Assembly (NCBI GenBank): GCA_001643675.2
Contig: LSRY02000037.1
Span: 992,001-1,056,000 of the forward strand
Source of the DNA: Monocercomonoides exilis PA203
Lineage: Eukaryota > Protista > Preaxostyla
Length of the DNA: 64,000 nucleotides
Reading direction: 5' to 3'
Part shown: positions 50,531-63,530 of the stretch, in pieces
Numbering within the stretch: position 1 is the first letter of the stretch
How the letters are laid out: each line of letters begins with the position of its first letter
Position numbers and translations under genes: made by a program
Notes under the pieces: model-generated
The model's input: the letters and a program-made list of their open reading frames with translations, nothing else
Databases searched by the model: none
Told to the model about the DNA's origin: nothing

Positions 50531-53500
50531 CCAAATTCTTTTCATTTCATTTTGTTGCTCAAAATTTCCATTTTTATCTTTTCAATTATTTTCAACATGT
50601 ATCATCATTGAACGAACTGTTGATCTCAATCTTCTTCAAGAAGATTCATTTTTCATTGCCATTCAACTGTGCAGTTATTTCCTCTTGCATATTCTCTTAT
50701 TCTCCAAATAACTCTTGTTCTCCTCCAACCTCTGTAGATTTAATCAGCACAAATTGAGAAGAAGAACATGATAACGAATGAATGAAATGATAATTCTTGA
50801 AAAAAATGCAAGAGCAAGAAGAATTAACGTTTGATAAATAATCAGGCGATAAACTTAATGTGTACCATACACGACAATAAACATGGAAGAAAAAGAAGCT
50901 TATCCAATGCTCCAATTCCGAATTGGTATAACTGGTGAAGTCAACCATGATCAATTGCTTTTGCATTCTTCTCATTTTTGTCCAGTTTTTCACATCTCTT
51001 TTTCCTTTTTCTTTCATCATTCTGCTTTCATCTGCTTTTTCTTATTGATGGAGACGAAGAAGATATATCACTCACAATTTTTTCTCACAAAATCATCCAA
51101 AAGTACTTCTTTAATTGTAATTCCTCTTCAGCTGCTTTGTCATCACATAAATAAATCTTTCTTTATTCATCATTCATTTTTCATCCTTATTCTGTTTCCT
51201 TGACTGATCTCCGTTAATCTCTGGTTTTTATTGTTCCTTTCCTTTCTTTCTTCTTTTCTTCTTCATTTTTCTTCAATTTATGAAATGTTCCAAAAATCCA
51301 CTCTTTCAAAGCTTCGTCTTTATAAATCTCCGATGGATAAGAAATTAATTCATTACAATATAAAACCTTTCATTTTGGCTTGCTGAGAATGAACTGAAAA
51401 GACGAATCGAATGAACCCATAACATTGATGCAAATGATAGATGTATTCAATGGAAAAGTCTTTCTTTTCAATTACCCTTTCATTCCAAAATATTTTCGCT
51501 TTTATTGATACGTAAAATACTGATGAGGAAGATAAAGGAGAAGGAGGAGAAGGAGAAGATGTTAGAGCACAGACAAAACACGAGGCATGAGAGGAAGAGA
51601 AGTGTCATGTGCTCTTTGAGAAGCAGTTGATTCACTGTTAATGTTCTTATTTGGACATCAAAAATAAATAAATAAATAAATTCCCTTCTTCTGCAAAATT
51701 GGCTTCTCTATTGTATGCAGAGAAGAGTGTCTCATACGAGACAAAAAGTTACATCCTCCTCCTCCTTTTCCTTCAGTTGAGTGTCGTTAGCTGACAGCAG
51801 CTGCAACTGAAGAGCATTCCAAAAAGAAGAGGATGATATCCATTCAGAGTGCGAGGAGCATGTTGCGAGAGATGGAAGAAGGAAGGAAGATGAATGCAGT
51901 GATGGATGGCGAGTTCTTCTTCAGCTATTGAATAATTATGTTTCTGTGTATTTTTGTGTGTTCTGTGCTTGTTTTGAAGATTGAGACGATGAAATAAAAT
52001 GAAGGAAAACAAAGAAGAAGTCATTCCGAAATATGTTCGAATGAAAAGTTCTGTATGTTTGAAGAAGGGATTCAGCAGCTGTCTGGTATGATGTTATTAC
52101 AGTCATAAAGATTAATTTCATAAAAAATAATTCTGCAAATCGAACAAAAAAAATTTTTTTTATGATTCTTCTTTCTCACTTCTCTCCTTTTTGCTTGTCT
52201 CGTTCTCTTCACAAAGAAGACGTTTCAGGTCTTTTCCAAAAGATCAATGCATCGCTTGTTCCGTCTTCCTCGTCTGCAGTTGCTTATCCTCTTTTACATG
52301 TTCAGTTGCCTCCAATAATATTTGTTAGCCAATGCCATCAGCTTTATCCTTCTCTTTATCTTTCTTTTTCTTTCTCCGATCCTCTCCTCTGTCTTCTTCT
52401 TATTCATATTCTTCTTCCAGTGCTTTTAAAACATCATAAAGCTCTTCTTCGCAATGCCGCTGTCTCTGTTCCACAAAACAACGTATCCATCAGTCAACGT
52501 TGTTGTGAGAAGAGGTGAAGAATGACATGAGTCGATTTTGATATCTCCCTTATTCATGCTATTGATGATTGGTGTGAACAATATGTGCTTTGTGACTCTG
52601 GGTTGTTGAGTGTTCATTCAACAACAACTGAGACTCCTGGGCAGATGGAAAAGAATGAAAAGTGACAGGTGGTGAATAGCCCGCTGCATTCTAACCATTC
52701 CGAAAGGAGAAGGAGCTCTTCTGCTCTTTCTCTTTTGACTTGCTCATCAAGCGCTGAATGAACTGCCTCCGTGCTCTCTCTGCCTCCTCATCCAAGTTCA
52801 TCCACACCTACGTCGAACCAAAAATGATATCTGAAATATTCCAAACTCTTCCACCTTGTAGATTAATGGGATGATTGGCAACTCAGCATGCGACTTAAGT
52901 GGCAGCTGAGGTTCTTTTGGGCAGAACACTTTGCGCTGCCAGCGATGATGAATGCAATACATATATTCGACAAGATGATCACTTTCGTCATATCCTCCAC
53001 ATCTGATGCTTTGTGTGTGGAAGGTGAGATGTGTTTCCATCATCAGCCCCTGTTTTGTTGTTGGCGATAAAGACTGTTCAAGAGAATGTTCAGATCATCG
53101 GGCTTTCTTCATTCTGATCCAAACCAGCACTGAGCGGAGAGCAAAAGTGAGTGAGAGAGAGCAAAAGAAAATGTCATCTGCTATTTAGTCTCACGTGCCT
53201 TTCATTTGCCATGCAGCTGGTGTCGATCGAGCTGGGCTGGTGAAAGAAGGGTTTGCAGATAATGGAGAGATGAAGTGTGTTCAGCAGTCCTGCGCACAAC
53301 TGTTTGAGAGGTCAATGACACATCATAATAACAGACAATATCTATCCATCACGAAGTTGAAGTCTTTTCCTCTTCTTTCTTCGTCCTCTTCCTTCTCGCT
53401 CCACACAAACAGTGTCAATGGAAGATCCATCGCCTCTCACGTCACACTCCTCCAGTTCATCCACTGCTTCTCTCTCGTTTTTTCTCCCTCTCTATCATCC

Positions 53501-53784
53501 TAATCCAAGCTTTCTCTTCCATTTCCCTTTCTTCTCCAAAAAAAAAAATAAATAATGTGATTTTCCGTCTTTTTTGATCATTTTTTCTGAATTTGGAATC
53601 TATCAAATAAGACAAGAGAAAACGTTGGAAAGAGCTGAGCATTTAATGTTGGAGATTGGAGGATGAAGAAGAAGCGGAGGAGAAAAATAAAGAAGAAGAG
53701 GAAGATGATGGAGTAATTAATTAATAATGAATTCAGTTTTCAGAAGCTGAAAAATAAATACAATTATCACTGTTATTATCATCA

Positions 53785-56700
53785 AAAGAAGCATATGAAG
53801 TGACAGAAGCAAAAGAAGCACGACGAGAGAAAGGAGAATAAGTTGAAAATTACAGAAACCACAATGACTTCATTGTGAATTTGAAATATCAGATCCTTCC
53901 TGGTGGAGAACGAAATTTGTGCGAATGGCTGTAAAATGAAGGTTATGGAGAGAGGGGAAAGAAGAAATATTGGAAAGAAGAAAGATAGTGAATAACAAAA
54001 TAGACTGTTATTCTTCTTTTTCTCTTCATTTGACGATGCAAATTTCTCATTCTTTTTCTTCATCTCTGGATTCTTCAATTTCTCTTTCTGATTTCCTCAA
54101 AATGAAATTTTACTGTGAATCTCATTGTTTTCGCAGCTTCTTTTGTTTTCTGCTCAAATGAGTTATTTTTCCTTTTGTGACAATCATTGCAATGCACAAA
54201 ATCAAAAACAATAATGAACACTTATCAACAGCAATGACAACTCCACCAAACATCTTCTCATGTTCATCTGTCTTTACAATATAAATAATAATCTTTTTAA
54301 CATATTTAGCATCTTTTCTTCAACAATTTCCTTCAATTGCAAACATGTTCGTAAAATATAAAATGTTAAATATAATGGAAAGCGTTTTTCCGTTTAATTT
54401 TTTTCCTTCTAGTGATTTGATCATTATTTTTTCAAGAAAAACAAAAGACAAAAATTTGAAGCAAAAAAGGGTTGTGCAATTTTATTAACAATAAAGTTTC
54501 AGAATAAACAATCAATTGAATCTTTCTTTAAATAAATTGTTGCTTGACTTCAAATCACACACAAAAAATTTGTTTCATAGAGGCAAACAATTTATATTTC
54601 ATTCAAAGCTTTTGATGTTTTATTTTGTTTGAAATTCTTTTTATCTTATTTTCTTTTTGAATTTTCGTTTTATACAAATATTGATCAAAATAAAAATTGA
54701 AAAAAGCGTTATTTGAAGATGTTCTGGGGATTAATACTTTTCCAAATTGTGATATCGGCTTATTCTCAAAACGAACCATCACAGCAAGTTACAACAGTGT
54801 TCGTTAAGCAAAGCGGGGACAATGATAACGATGGATTGGATATTGGTCGGGAAAAACAATCTTTAAGTTTTGCGCATAGACTTCTGAGCAATGACACAGA
54901 ATGCTACATAAAAGTTGTTGAAGATACAGATCCATTAACTGCGGTCTCAGTTACATTTAGAAGCAAGCAAAAAGTTACTGTTGAAGGAATAAATAGAGAT
55001 GGAAGTGGGAACACTGAAGTCGAAATAGACTGTGAAGTGCATCTAGGTTTTGATCTATTTAATTGCCGTTGTCCTGTGGAATTTAAATGCTTGGCATTCC
55101 ACATTCCAATAACATTGGACAAAGAAGTAGATCCAGTTAAATATTCGTTGGCTGTTATAAACGCACAACGTACAAGCTTGACAATAAGCAAATGCAAATT
55201 TATTCGTCCAGCAGATGGAAGCGTGGTTGATTGTAGACTTGTTAGCCAATATGGAGGATCATTGACGATAGACTCGGTTGAATGCACAGATGAAGAAAAT
55301 ACATTTACAACGAAGAGAGAATTGTTTTCGATTAGTGAATGTGAAACAGTGATATTGTCTTATTTGACTTTGAAGAAAATTGATTTAATTGGTGAATCAA
55401 ATGGTACAAAACATGCAGAAGCAATTGTCGAAATAAGTGGTTTAAGCGGAGATACAAAAATCGATCTTAAATTGAATGGGAGCACATTTTCGGAGATAAG
55501 CAGCCTTGGCATGGCTTTGGCTTTCATAACTGGTAATGAAGAAAGCACATTTGCTGTTGGAGATGGAGGTGTCACAACTTTTTCATCATTTCATACTGAT
55601 TTTGAATATGGCTCTGCATTATATCTGCGAATGAAAGCTATTACATCAGCAAGTCAGATTAAATGGCCAGAAAATGGAAAGAATCTGATATTTGACAAAT
55701 GCACAGTCGGAGAAGGTCAATCAAAAAAAAATACTGGACTGTTATTGTACATGGTAAATGACTCATTATTCAAAGATGTAGCAGCAGAAATGAAGAAGAG
55801 TTTCGCAGCAGATTATACTCGGAATGATAACTTGTGGAATATTGCAGCATTTATTGATAGACCAGAAAAATTTTACGATTTTGTGCTGCTTTATTTGGAT
55901 CAATCTGGAAAATTATTTGTCAAGAACGAAGGGAAAGGAGATGGATTGACAAGTTCTTCACCATCGAGCTCATTGAAAGTTGCATTCAGTAAACTAAATG
56001 GCATTCCATGTTCAGAGGGATACTTCATCGAGATTGTAAAAGACGAAAGCCAGTTTACAGCAGAAGAAATGACAATTAGCAACGAAAAGGGAATAACCAT
56101 TGAAGGAGTGAACAGTGATGGAAATGGAAATGCAGAAGTGGCTATTGATTGTGCTGTTGGTGCATCATCTGATTTATTTACATGCGAACAAAAGGTGGAA
56201 TTCAAGTCTTTGGCATTCAACTTTCCCACTTCTGAAAAAAAATGGAATTCTTTGATTCATGGAAATGAAAAGTCAGCATCACTCACCATCAGCAATTGCA
56301 AATTTGTCAGAATTGGAGCCCAATCGCCAGAGAAAATGGCGATAAATGCAGATGGGGGTGATGTTGTTGTTGGCAGTCTTGTGAGTGTTGTTGGAGGGAA
56401 AGTTGCAATGGACACAGTTTCATGCACAGATAGCAGCAGCACAGTTTCGTTTTCTTCATCGCCATTTTCTTTCAGCAGTGTGAGTTCGGCTTCGTTGAAT
56501 GGAGTGGAGATCAGCAATGTGAATGTTCAAAATGGAGCAGCGATTGCGATTAAGAACGAAGGCAGCACGCCTTCAGAAGTTAGCATTGAAGGGCTGAGCA
56601 TGAATGGAGTGAATTCAGAAAATGGAAAAGTGGCTGGGTTGGAGATTTCTTTGGCTTCGAAAGAGTCGACAGTTGCGATTGGAAGAAACAGCAAATGCAC

Positions 56701-58910
56701 ATTCAAGTCATGCACAGCGCCAAAAGGGAAAGCAGGGGCAATATCCATTGGCATGCCAAAGGCAGCATCAAATCTTCAACTTCCTTCTGCAAACAATCTT
56801 GAGATTGATGGTTCAAACACAGCGAATTCAACAGCGAGATCAATATTCATTGTTGCACCAGATTTTGATGAGTTCTGCAAACAGGACGATGCATTTGAGT
56901 TTGCGAAAGATTTTGATGAATCAGCAGCTGGCTGGATTATGGGAGCAAAAGATGAAGAATCTGATCCAGAGGATGCATATGAAAAGTATTTGAAGAGTAA
57001 GGAAGAACCTGCTGCAGAAGGCAAGAAGAAACCAAATGCAGGAACTGTTGTTGCGATTGTGGTTCCGATAGTTGTTGTTGTTGTTGTTGCAGTGGTTGTG
57101 GTTGTGGTTGTTTTGATGGTTGTCAAGAAAAGGAAGACCAAAAGCAACAAAGACGGAGAGAAAGAGGGAAGCAAAGATGAAAACAAAGAAATAGAAATGA
57201 GCACCCAGGAGTAGAATTGAGATTAGCAATTCTATTAGAGATAATTTATTTATTTATTTATTTATTTATTTATTTTTCAATTTAATAAAAGATTTAATTG
57301 TGTAAATCATAGTATTTTTTTAATCTTTTGATTTTATCTTTTATATTTCAATTATCACGATTATTATGTATTTGTTATTAATTTTTTAATTGGAATGCAA
57401 TTCCATGCTTTATTTTGTTTCGCACACAAATGTGAAGTCAGCATCTAAATTTTTGTATCCAATTCACTTTGATTTTCATTCATTTTTTAAACAACAGAAG
57501 AAAGAAGAATATGATTTTAAAATTTGAATGAACTTGTTTTGTTTCCGTGCAATTGGAGAATTGTTTGACCCCTTTTAACAAAACTTGACTTTTCATTTCA
57601 GAATATCAGACAATTTATTATTTGTTGTTTAATTTGCTGGTTTTTTTTTTCTGAGAAAATGAGAGAATTGAGGGAGCTCAAAATGAAGCATTTGACATGC
57701 ACTATCAAATCTTATCTGTTGAAGAAGCATGAAATGAATGTGCTATTCATCATGAGTTCTGGAAAAACGATGACTCAATCGGACGAAGAAATTGCATCCG
57801 AAAACAAAACAGAAATTTCTTTTGATGAGATTGAAGGAGGAAATGAAAACTGTGAGCTTTCTTTTTGGGAATGAAATTGGAGTATTTGAGGAGAAGGAGA
57901 AATATTTCTCTTCATTTGATTTCCCTTCTTCAGGTCTTTCTTCTTTTTCATTTTCCTTCCACAAACATTTCAATATTCCACCTCTAATATTTCACATTTC
58001 GGAAAATCATTTTGACTGTCAGTCTGAATGATAAATTCAAACATTTTTTTTTCTCCAAGCGAACATCAAAAATTTCTTCTTCTCTTTAATTTTAACCAGT
58101 CTTTGCACCCGAAAAGAAAAATAATTTTGAAAGTTAACTGTGCGCCCAAATCAAAATGAGTGATAATTTTTTGAAATCATTTTTTAACAATCAAAAAGTT
58201 CGGTTTCAGAAACCACTTTGAATGTTGAAAAATGAAGACAGAAAAGTTTAAAACTCGCAACAAAAATATTTTTTCAAGAATAAAATCTCAAACATCCTGA
58301 TTTTTAACATTAATTGTTCTTTTTTCTTTTGAATACATAATTAGTCTCCAAATAAATAGAATATTTGCAGAATCAACACTCCGAAATTAGTTATGATTTC
58401 AACAATAATCACCTTAATCGACAAGCTTTAAAGCAAAGTCGAAAGTTTGAAAAACTTCAAATTTTCAAAAAGTTGACAAAATTATTTTTAAAGAAAAACA
58501 CTTTCGTTATTTTCATATTTATATTATTGGTTATGTTTATAATTTATCATCTTTTTAAAGATGTATTTTTAAGAATCATTTGGAACAATTGGAAAATTTG
58601 TATTTGAAATAAATTCTGTAATTTTTTTTTGAAACTATTTTATTTCATGTCAATAAAAAGGACACTATTTCACGAATAAATCAATGGAGAGGAGTTTCAC
58701 TTGTTTTCAAATCCAATGAAGAATTATAAATATTGAATTTTCTTTTTCATTTTTAATTTTTATCCTTGCAAACATATTTTCAAATGAAATAATTCAATTT
58801 TCTTTTATTCGAGTTTGTTTCTGAGATTTTTTTTTCGAAACGAAAATTTCAAAATTTATATACAACAACAACGTAAACTTCTCCAAAAATGCTTTCTGAA
58901 ATATTAGAAA
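53785..58910. repeat. Inverted repeat IR2, right arm (~5.1 kb)
   Basis: Reverse complement of 25516-30645. Confidence 0.96.
54719..57214 (+). CDS. Type I membrane surface protein (~831 aa), copy B, paralog of 27221-29710
   Basis: Intact ORF with ATG at 54719. Same architecture; C-terminal ~400 aa differ from copy A at about 13 positions by manual comparison. Confidence 0.9.
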   Translation: MFWGLILFQIVISAYSQNEPSQQVTTVFVKQSGDNDNDGLDIGREKQSLSFAHRLLSNDTECYIKVVEDTDPLTAVSVTFRSKQKVTVEGINRDGSGNTEVEIDCEVHLGFDLFNCRCPVEFKCLAFHIPITLDKEVDPVKYSLAVINAQRTSLTISKCKFIRPADGSVVDCRLVSQYGGSLTIDSVECTDEENTFTTKRELFSISECETVILSYLTLKKIDLIGESNGTKHAEAIVEISGLSGDTKIDLKLNGSTFSEISSLGMALAFITGNEESTFAVGDGGVTTFSSFHTDFEYGSALYLRMKAITSASQIKWPENGKNLIFDKCTVGEGQSKKNTGLLLYMVNDSLFKDVAAEMKKSFAADYTRNDNLWNIAAFIDRPEKFYDFVLLYLDQSGKLFVKNEGKGDGLTSSSPSSSLKVAFSKLNGIPCSEGYFIEIVKDESQFTAEEMTISNEKGITIEGVNSDGNGNAEVAIDCAVGASSDLFTCEQKVEFKSLAFNFPTSEKKWNSLIHGNEKSASLTISNCKFVRIGAQSPEKMAINADGGDVVVGSLVSVVGGKVAMDTVSCTDSSSTVSFSSSPFSFSSVSSASLNGVEISNVNVQNGAAIAIKNEGSTPSEVSIEGLSMNGVNSENGKVAGLEISLASKESTVAIGRNSKCTFKSCTAPKGKAGAISIGMPKAASNLQLPSANNLEIDGSNTANSTARSIFIVAPDFDEFCKQDDAFEFAKDFDESAAGWIMGAKDEESDPEDAYEKYLKSKEEPAAEGKKKPNAGTVVAIVVPIVVVVVVAVVVVVVVLMVVKKRKTKSNKDGEKEGSKDENKEIEMSTQE

Positions 58911-60909
58911 AAAATTTGGCATAGGTGTAAATTGTACCACTTTCAGTTTTCATTTTTTTATTATTTGAATATAATGATGTTAATCTTCATAATAAAACAA
59001 AGCGATTCAAGGAGGGAAATTTCGAAATTCGATCATGAAAATATCCTAAAAATTTTTATTTTTTGCTACCCATAATATTTTCATTAAGATCACAAAGAAT
59101 TGAAAACACAATTTTTTGGCTTTGCAAAGTTCAGAACAACTTCACAATGCAATATTCAAAGAGAGTTTAATATATTTATTGTTTGAATTATCGACTTTTT
59201 TCATATATTGTTTTCAATGATGTTATTTATATAAAAATTAATGTTTGAATTATTCAATAGTTTTAGCAAAATAATGGATGTTTCATTTAATAAATTATCG
59301 AAAGACTCTATTTTCAAAGGTAATTATTCTATTACTTATAAAAAAATTGTTGACAATGAAATATTAAATATTGGAACATTTATTATTTTTGTTTTTTCAT
59401 TCTGTGATAAACATTGAATTAATATGAAATATAGATATAATTGCTGCTTTTAAAAGAAATTAATTGTTTGCAATGAGAGAGTGTGTATGGCGAAATTGGA
59501 ACTTTGCAAGAAAAGATGAAGAGGATGGAAGAGAGAAACATATTGAGAGAAGATATTTAATGAATGGATCTATAAGACAAGATAGTGGAATTATCGAAGA
59601 AATAAAAGAAGAAGAAGAGATGAACAGTTGGAATTCGGCTTAAGGATGTCTTGTGCGAAGAAGGAAAGCAAGAAACCGGCAAAGCAGTTCTTTTCATGAA
59701 CGGTTTTACTGGGAAGAAAGAATGGCAGTGCAGAAGGAAGGAAGGAGGAACATTCAATGCATTGGGGAAATGAGGTTATGTATCTTTGAGCTTTGTTTTT
59801 TGTTGAATTTTGAAGATATGTTTTGTGAAAAAAAAAGAAACACAAGAAGAAGAAAGAGATGTGATGGGCAAATGAAAGAGGTCGTAATGTGTTTGTGCGT
59901 GAAAAATCCATATTCTGCAGAAATGTTGGTATTACCTTTGGCGCGCCTGTTGGTGATGGTGGAAGCGGAAGTAGCTGCACATTTCGTAGAAGAGACAATA
60001 GAAAATGCAGGCAGAACGAAGAGAAAAGAGAGAATGATGAGCTGGAGTTTATGAGGAGTGAAATCGATGAAAGAGTTTGCACTTTTGAAGTGAGCAAATA
60101 AAGCTGAGGATATTTTTTTAAAGAGCGAAAGTCTCGTGAAGCAGCTGTAGAAGTCGAAGACGAAATACTCGAGAGAGCAGGGGCAGTTTATTTAGGAAGG
60201 ACGAGAAATAATAATCAAAGGAGATATTAAGGATTGGAAGTGTGAAGTCTGTTGGTTCAAGAGAATAAAGAGGAGGAAGAAGAAATGGAAAGGGAAGGAA
60301 AACAATTATTTCAAAGACGCTAAATAGGGAAGAATGACAAACAATTTATAAAATTTTTTCTATAATTGTCAAATCTTTTTGTAATTACTTTCAAAATCTG
60401 TTTTCTCAAATTTTAAATTCACTTTATTTATTTCTCTTTTCATTCCTTCATCTTTTTTTGTTCTCATCCAATCAGAACTCATCTTATTCATCTCAAGTTT
60501 TTCATATTCTGCATTTTGCTGGAAGTTTACAGAAAACTCTATCATGGCATTGTTCACGTGTTTTGCTTTGCCTATGAAAATTTTTCATTTCTCAATTTTT
60601 GAAGTATTTTTTCGTTTAAAAAAGAGATCAAGAAAAGTTCAATGAATGAATTGCGCACATATGTTATTTGAAATGAATTCAAACTAGGTTAGGGTTAAGC
60701 TTTTCGTACGTGCAGATTAGGAACCTCGCTTATGCTTTGTTTTAATTGCCAAAAAGAAATACACACTTGTATTATACAATTTTTATACTTAACTTTCAAA
60801 ATTTCTAATTTTTTTTTCACATCACTTTTTTCTCATATAAAAAATATTGAGCATAACCATAATGAATTACTCAGTTTTTGAATAAATTCTATTTGGAATT
60901 ATAAAAACA

Positions 60910-63387
60910 ATGGAAAATCAAATGAATACTAACGATTGTGCAACTTGTTCAGAAAAAATCAGCAATGAAGTGTTCGACTCAATGCAGAATGTTTGTGTCT
61001 TTTATTTTGTCATATCAATAATTTATTTTAATGTCATTATTTTTCATTCATATTAAACATAGATCGTTTATCCACCTTCAACTCCGATTGTCTCAGAAAA
61101 AGATAAAGATACAAACACAGAATTTATAAGCCGAGAAGAAGTCTGCGCAAAAATGTTGCTCATGATGAACGAACTTTTATCTCCAATTCGTTCAACTCCA
61201 CTTCGCAATCTACAACAACCTTCTTCCTTTTCTATTTCTTCAACTCCCTCGAATTCCAGCTCACTCCATCATCCTCCTCTGCAAAATCCCACAAAAACAC
61301 CTTCTCTTCACAGAGTTTTGTCAATTCAAAACAGAACGAAAGAAGAAATAGAAAAAGAGAAAAAGAGATATTCAGAAGAAAGCGATTCTGAGACCAGTGA
61401 AGAGGTCTCAGATTATTCTGTAGAGTTAGACGTCTCTGATTATTCAGAAGATAATATTCCTGCGGAAGAATATTCAGGAGACTCTGATGAAAAGGAAGAT
61501 GATATAAAAGAATTGGAAAAAGATGTAATAAAAGAAACATTAGATGAATTGAAAGAAGAAAGACTATATTTGAAAAATGATAAACAATTTTATATTGAAA
61601 AAGCAAATGCGTTATCCGAGCTATCTACTCAGAATTCTTCTTTGACAGAAAATCTTTCCGATTCTCTCTCTCCTCATTTATTGTTTGAGTCTGCCTCTGC
61701 CTCTTCCTCTGCCTCTGCTTCCTCCTCTTCCACTGCCATTGCTTCATCCTCTTCTTCCTCCTCCTGTTCAGAAAATAATTTTGATTTATATTACCACCCC
61801 ACAAAAATGGATTGTGCTCTTGCACGAGTTGGGGTGGAAGGAACGAAGAAATATCTTCATGTCGACAGGATTTGGTCAGAAGCCACTCTACGCAAACATT
61901 CTTGGGTTGAGCGGCTTCTAACCACCTGGACACACAAAATCGGCTTGGAACCTTGGCCATTGCATCATCGGATGGCCAGGGGGTTCGTACTATTTTGTGG
62001 CAAGGAGTGCCATTATCCTCTTTCATCAATTTGTTATATCATCATACCATCAATAAAAAGATTAAACATTATTAAAAGAGGAAGAAGATTAAATAAAAGA
62101 ACAGTTGACACAATGAAGCATGCTGTTCGTTGTTTAAAATATTCAAGTGAAGTGCAAAAAAGAGTTCTAAAAAAGGAGCCAGCACTTCTCATGGATGTCA
62201 AGCGAATAGTGAATCACATTCCAACAAGGCATCTCGACAAGGCACTTGAAAGCTCTCTTTATCTAGTTGCTGTCCATACTGGTGCGCGCGCAGTGACATT
62301 GGCTAACGTAAAGTTATCACACATTACTAAAGTGGTCCGTTCTAAAGTCACAAACAAACTTCTTTGCACAATAATATATTACCGAGCGAAGGGACAATAT
62401 GATTGGGGAAGAGAAATCACAATTGAGGGAAATGAGGAAGAGGAGAAAGACGATGATCCGATTTATAGGCTTTCACTATATGTGTATCAGAAAACAGGAA
62501 TAAGGCTGTCAAATTGGAATGAAGATAAAGTTAAGACAAACCTTAACAAGCTCATATGGCCTTTGAGTGTCGATAGCATGAGAGAACGGTTCAAAAACAG
62601 GGCTGTGTCAGCAGGATATCCGCGCCATTTGTTCTGCTTCCACTCGCTTCGTAGTGGCTTCATATGCACGGCGCTCATTATGTCGAATCAGGATGCAGAA
62701 ACGCAAAGAGCTATCATGGAAAAGACAGCCTTCATTGCTGGCTGGAACCCCATTCGACTTTCTCAATGTGGCTACATTAAAGATGCTGTAAAACGGGCGA
62801 TGGTGGCATCTCGTCTTATCGCTCCTCCCTGTGAAGGTCAAAAGCAGCAGGTCTTCGATGAAACACTGTTGGAGTTGGAGGTGTTTCATGGCATTTCATT
62901 CAAGGAAGAGGTGCCAAAGGAAAAGAGCGCGATGGAGAAGTATACGGAGTTGGTAAATGAAAGAATAAGAAAATATTTTGGAGAGGTGATCGTAGAGGAA
63001 GCGAAAAGAGAGAGGTACATAAAGAATGGAGCGAAGAAATTGATAGAAGAAAATGAAGAGTTGATGATGGTTGCAGAATATCGAATGAAAGAAATAAATG
63101 ATAAGAAGGAAGAAGAACAAAGAAAGACAGACCTCTACTCAGTCGCTGCTTCAATTGCATACAAGTTCATTCAAGACCAATTTCATTTTCAAGGAAAGAC
63201 ACCTGAGGAAATGGCCGAGCTGTTCTGCAGCAAGGCTGAGAGCTGCACGTCGAAGGCACCAGTAAGAAAGTACAACCATAAGGTTGACCGTCGATCGCAC
63301 ATGACAGTTTATGAAAGAAGAAAGAAAGAGAGAGAAGAGGTGTTGAAAGACAGAAAGAGAAACGAAAAAACAACATTAGAAGAATAA
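60910..63387 (+). CDS. Tyrosine recombinase (Crypton/DIRS-YR-like), 2 exons; probably continues by frameshift to 63844
   Basis: Exon 1 is 60910-60990; intron 60991-61062 (GTTTGT..TAG, phase 0) joins in frame to the 744-aa ORF. Catalytic residues: TGAR (R 62287), RAKG (K 62389), HSLR (62641-62652), AGW (62743), GY (62773). They are preceded by a core-binding-like segment, WSEATLRKHSWVERLLTTW. Confidence 0.9.
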
Positions 63388-63530
63388 GATGGAGAAAAGA
63401 GGATGACGACATACTTATTAGACTTTATAATGAAGGCAAAAGAGCCACAGATATGATGAAGGCTTTCCCCTTCAGAGATCGTCAACACATTGACGATCAC
63501 CTTCAGGTCTTGTTGCAGAAAGGAAGAATC
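63378..63530 (+). other. Myb/SANT-like domain coding segment in the -1 frame, directly after the recombinase ORF
   Basis: Translates as RRIRWRKEDDDILIRLYNEGKRATDMMKAFPFRDRQHIDDHLQVLLQKG, matching the Myb pattern W-x-x-E-E/D-D-x-x-L...F-P-x-R-x4-I-x-x-H. Recognised by eye. Confidence 0.65.

Noticed and set aside
53195-53260. HECT-like motif (AAGVDRAGLVKEGF) in a decayed coding-like region
   Set aside because: Short resemblance only, surrounded by stops, with no downstream HECT motifs.
27221-57214. Diversity-generating retroelement (template/variable repeat) explaining surface-protein variation
   Set aside because: Differences in the segment I compared involve all four bases rather than adenines only, and no reverse transcriptase is present in the window.
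59473-60320. Possible partner ORF (gag/RT) for the YR gene
   Set aside because: Purine-rich and coding-like but broken by stops, with no RT, RNase H or zinc-knuckle motif.
63360-63375. Programmed -1 ribosomal frameshift at AAAAAAC in the YR gene
   Set aside because: The heptamer is not in the X_XXY_YYZ phase (zero-frame codons are GAA AAA ACA) and no downstream stimulatory structure is evident.
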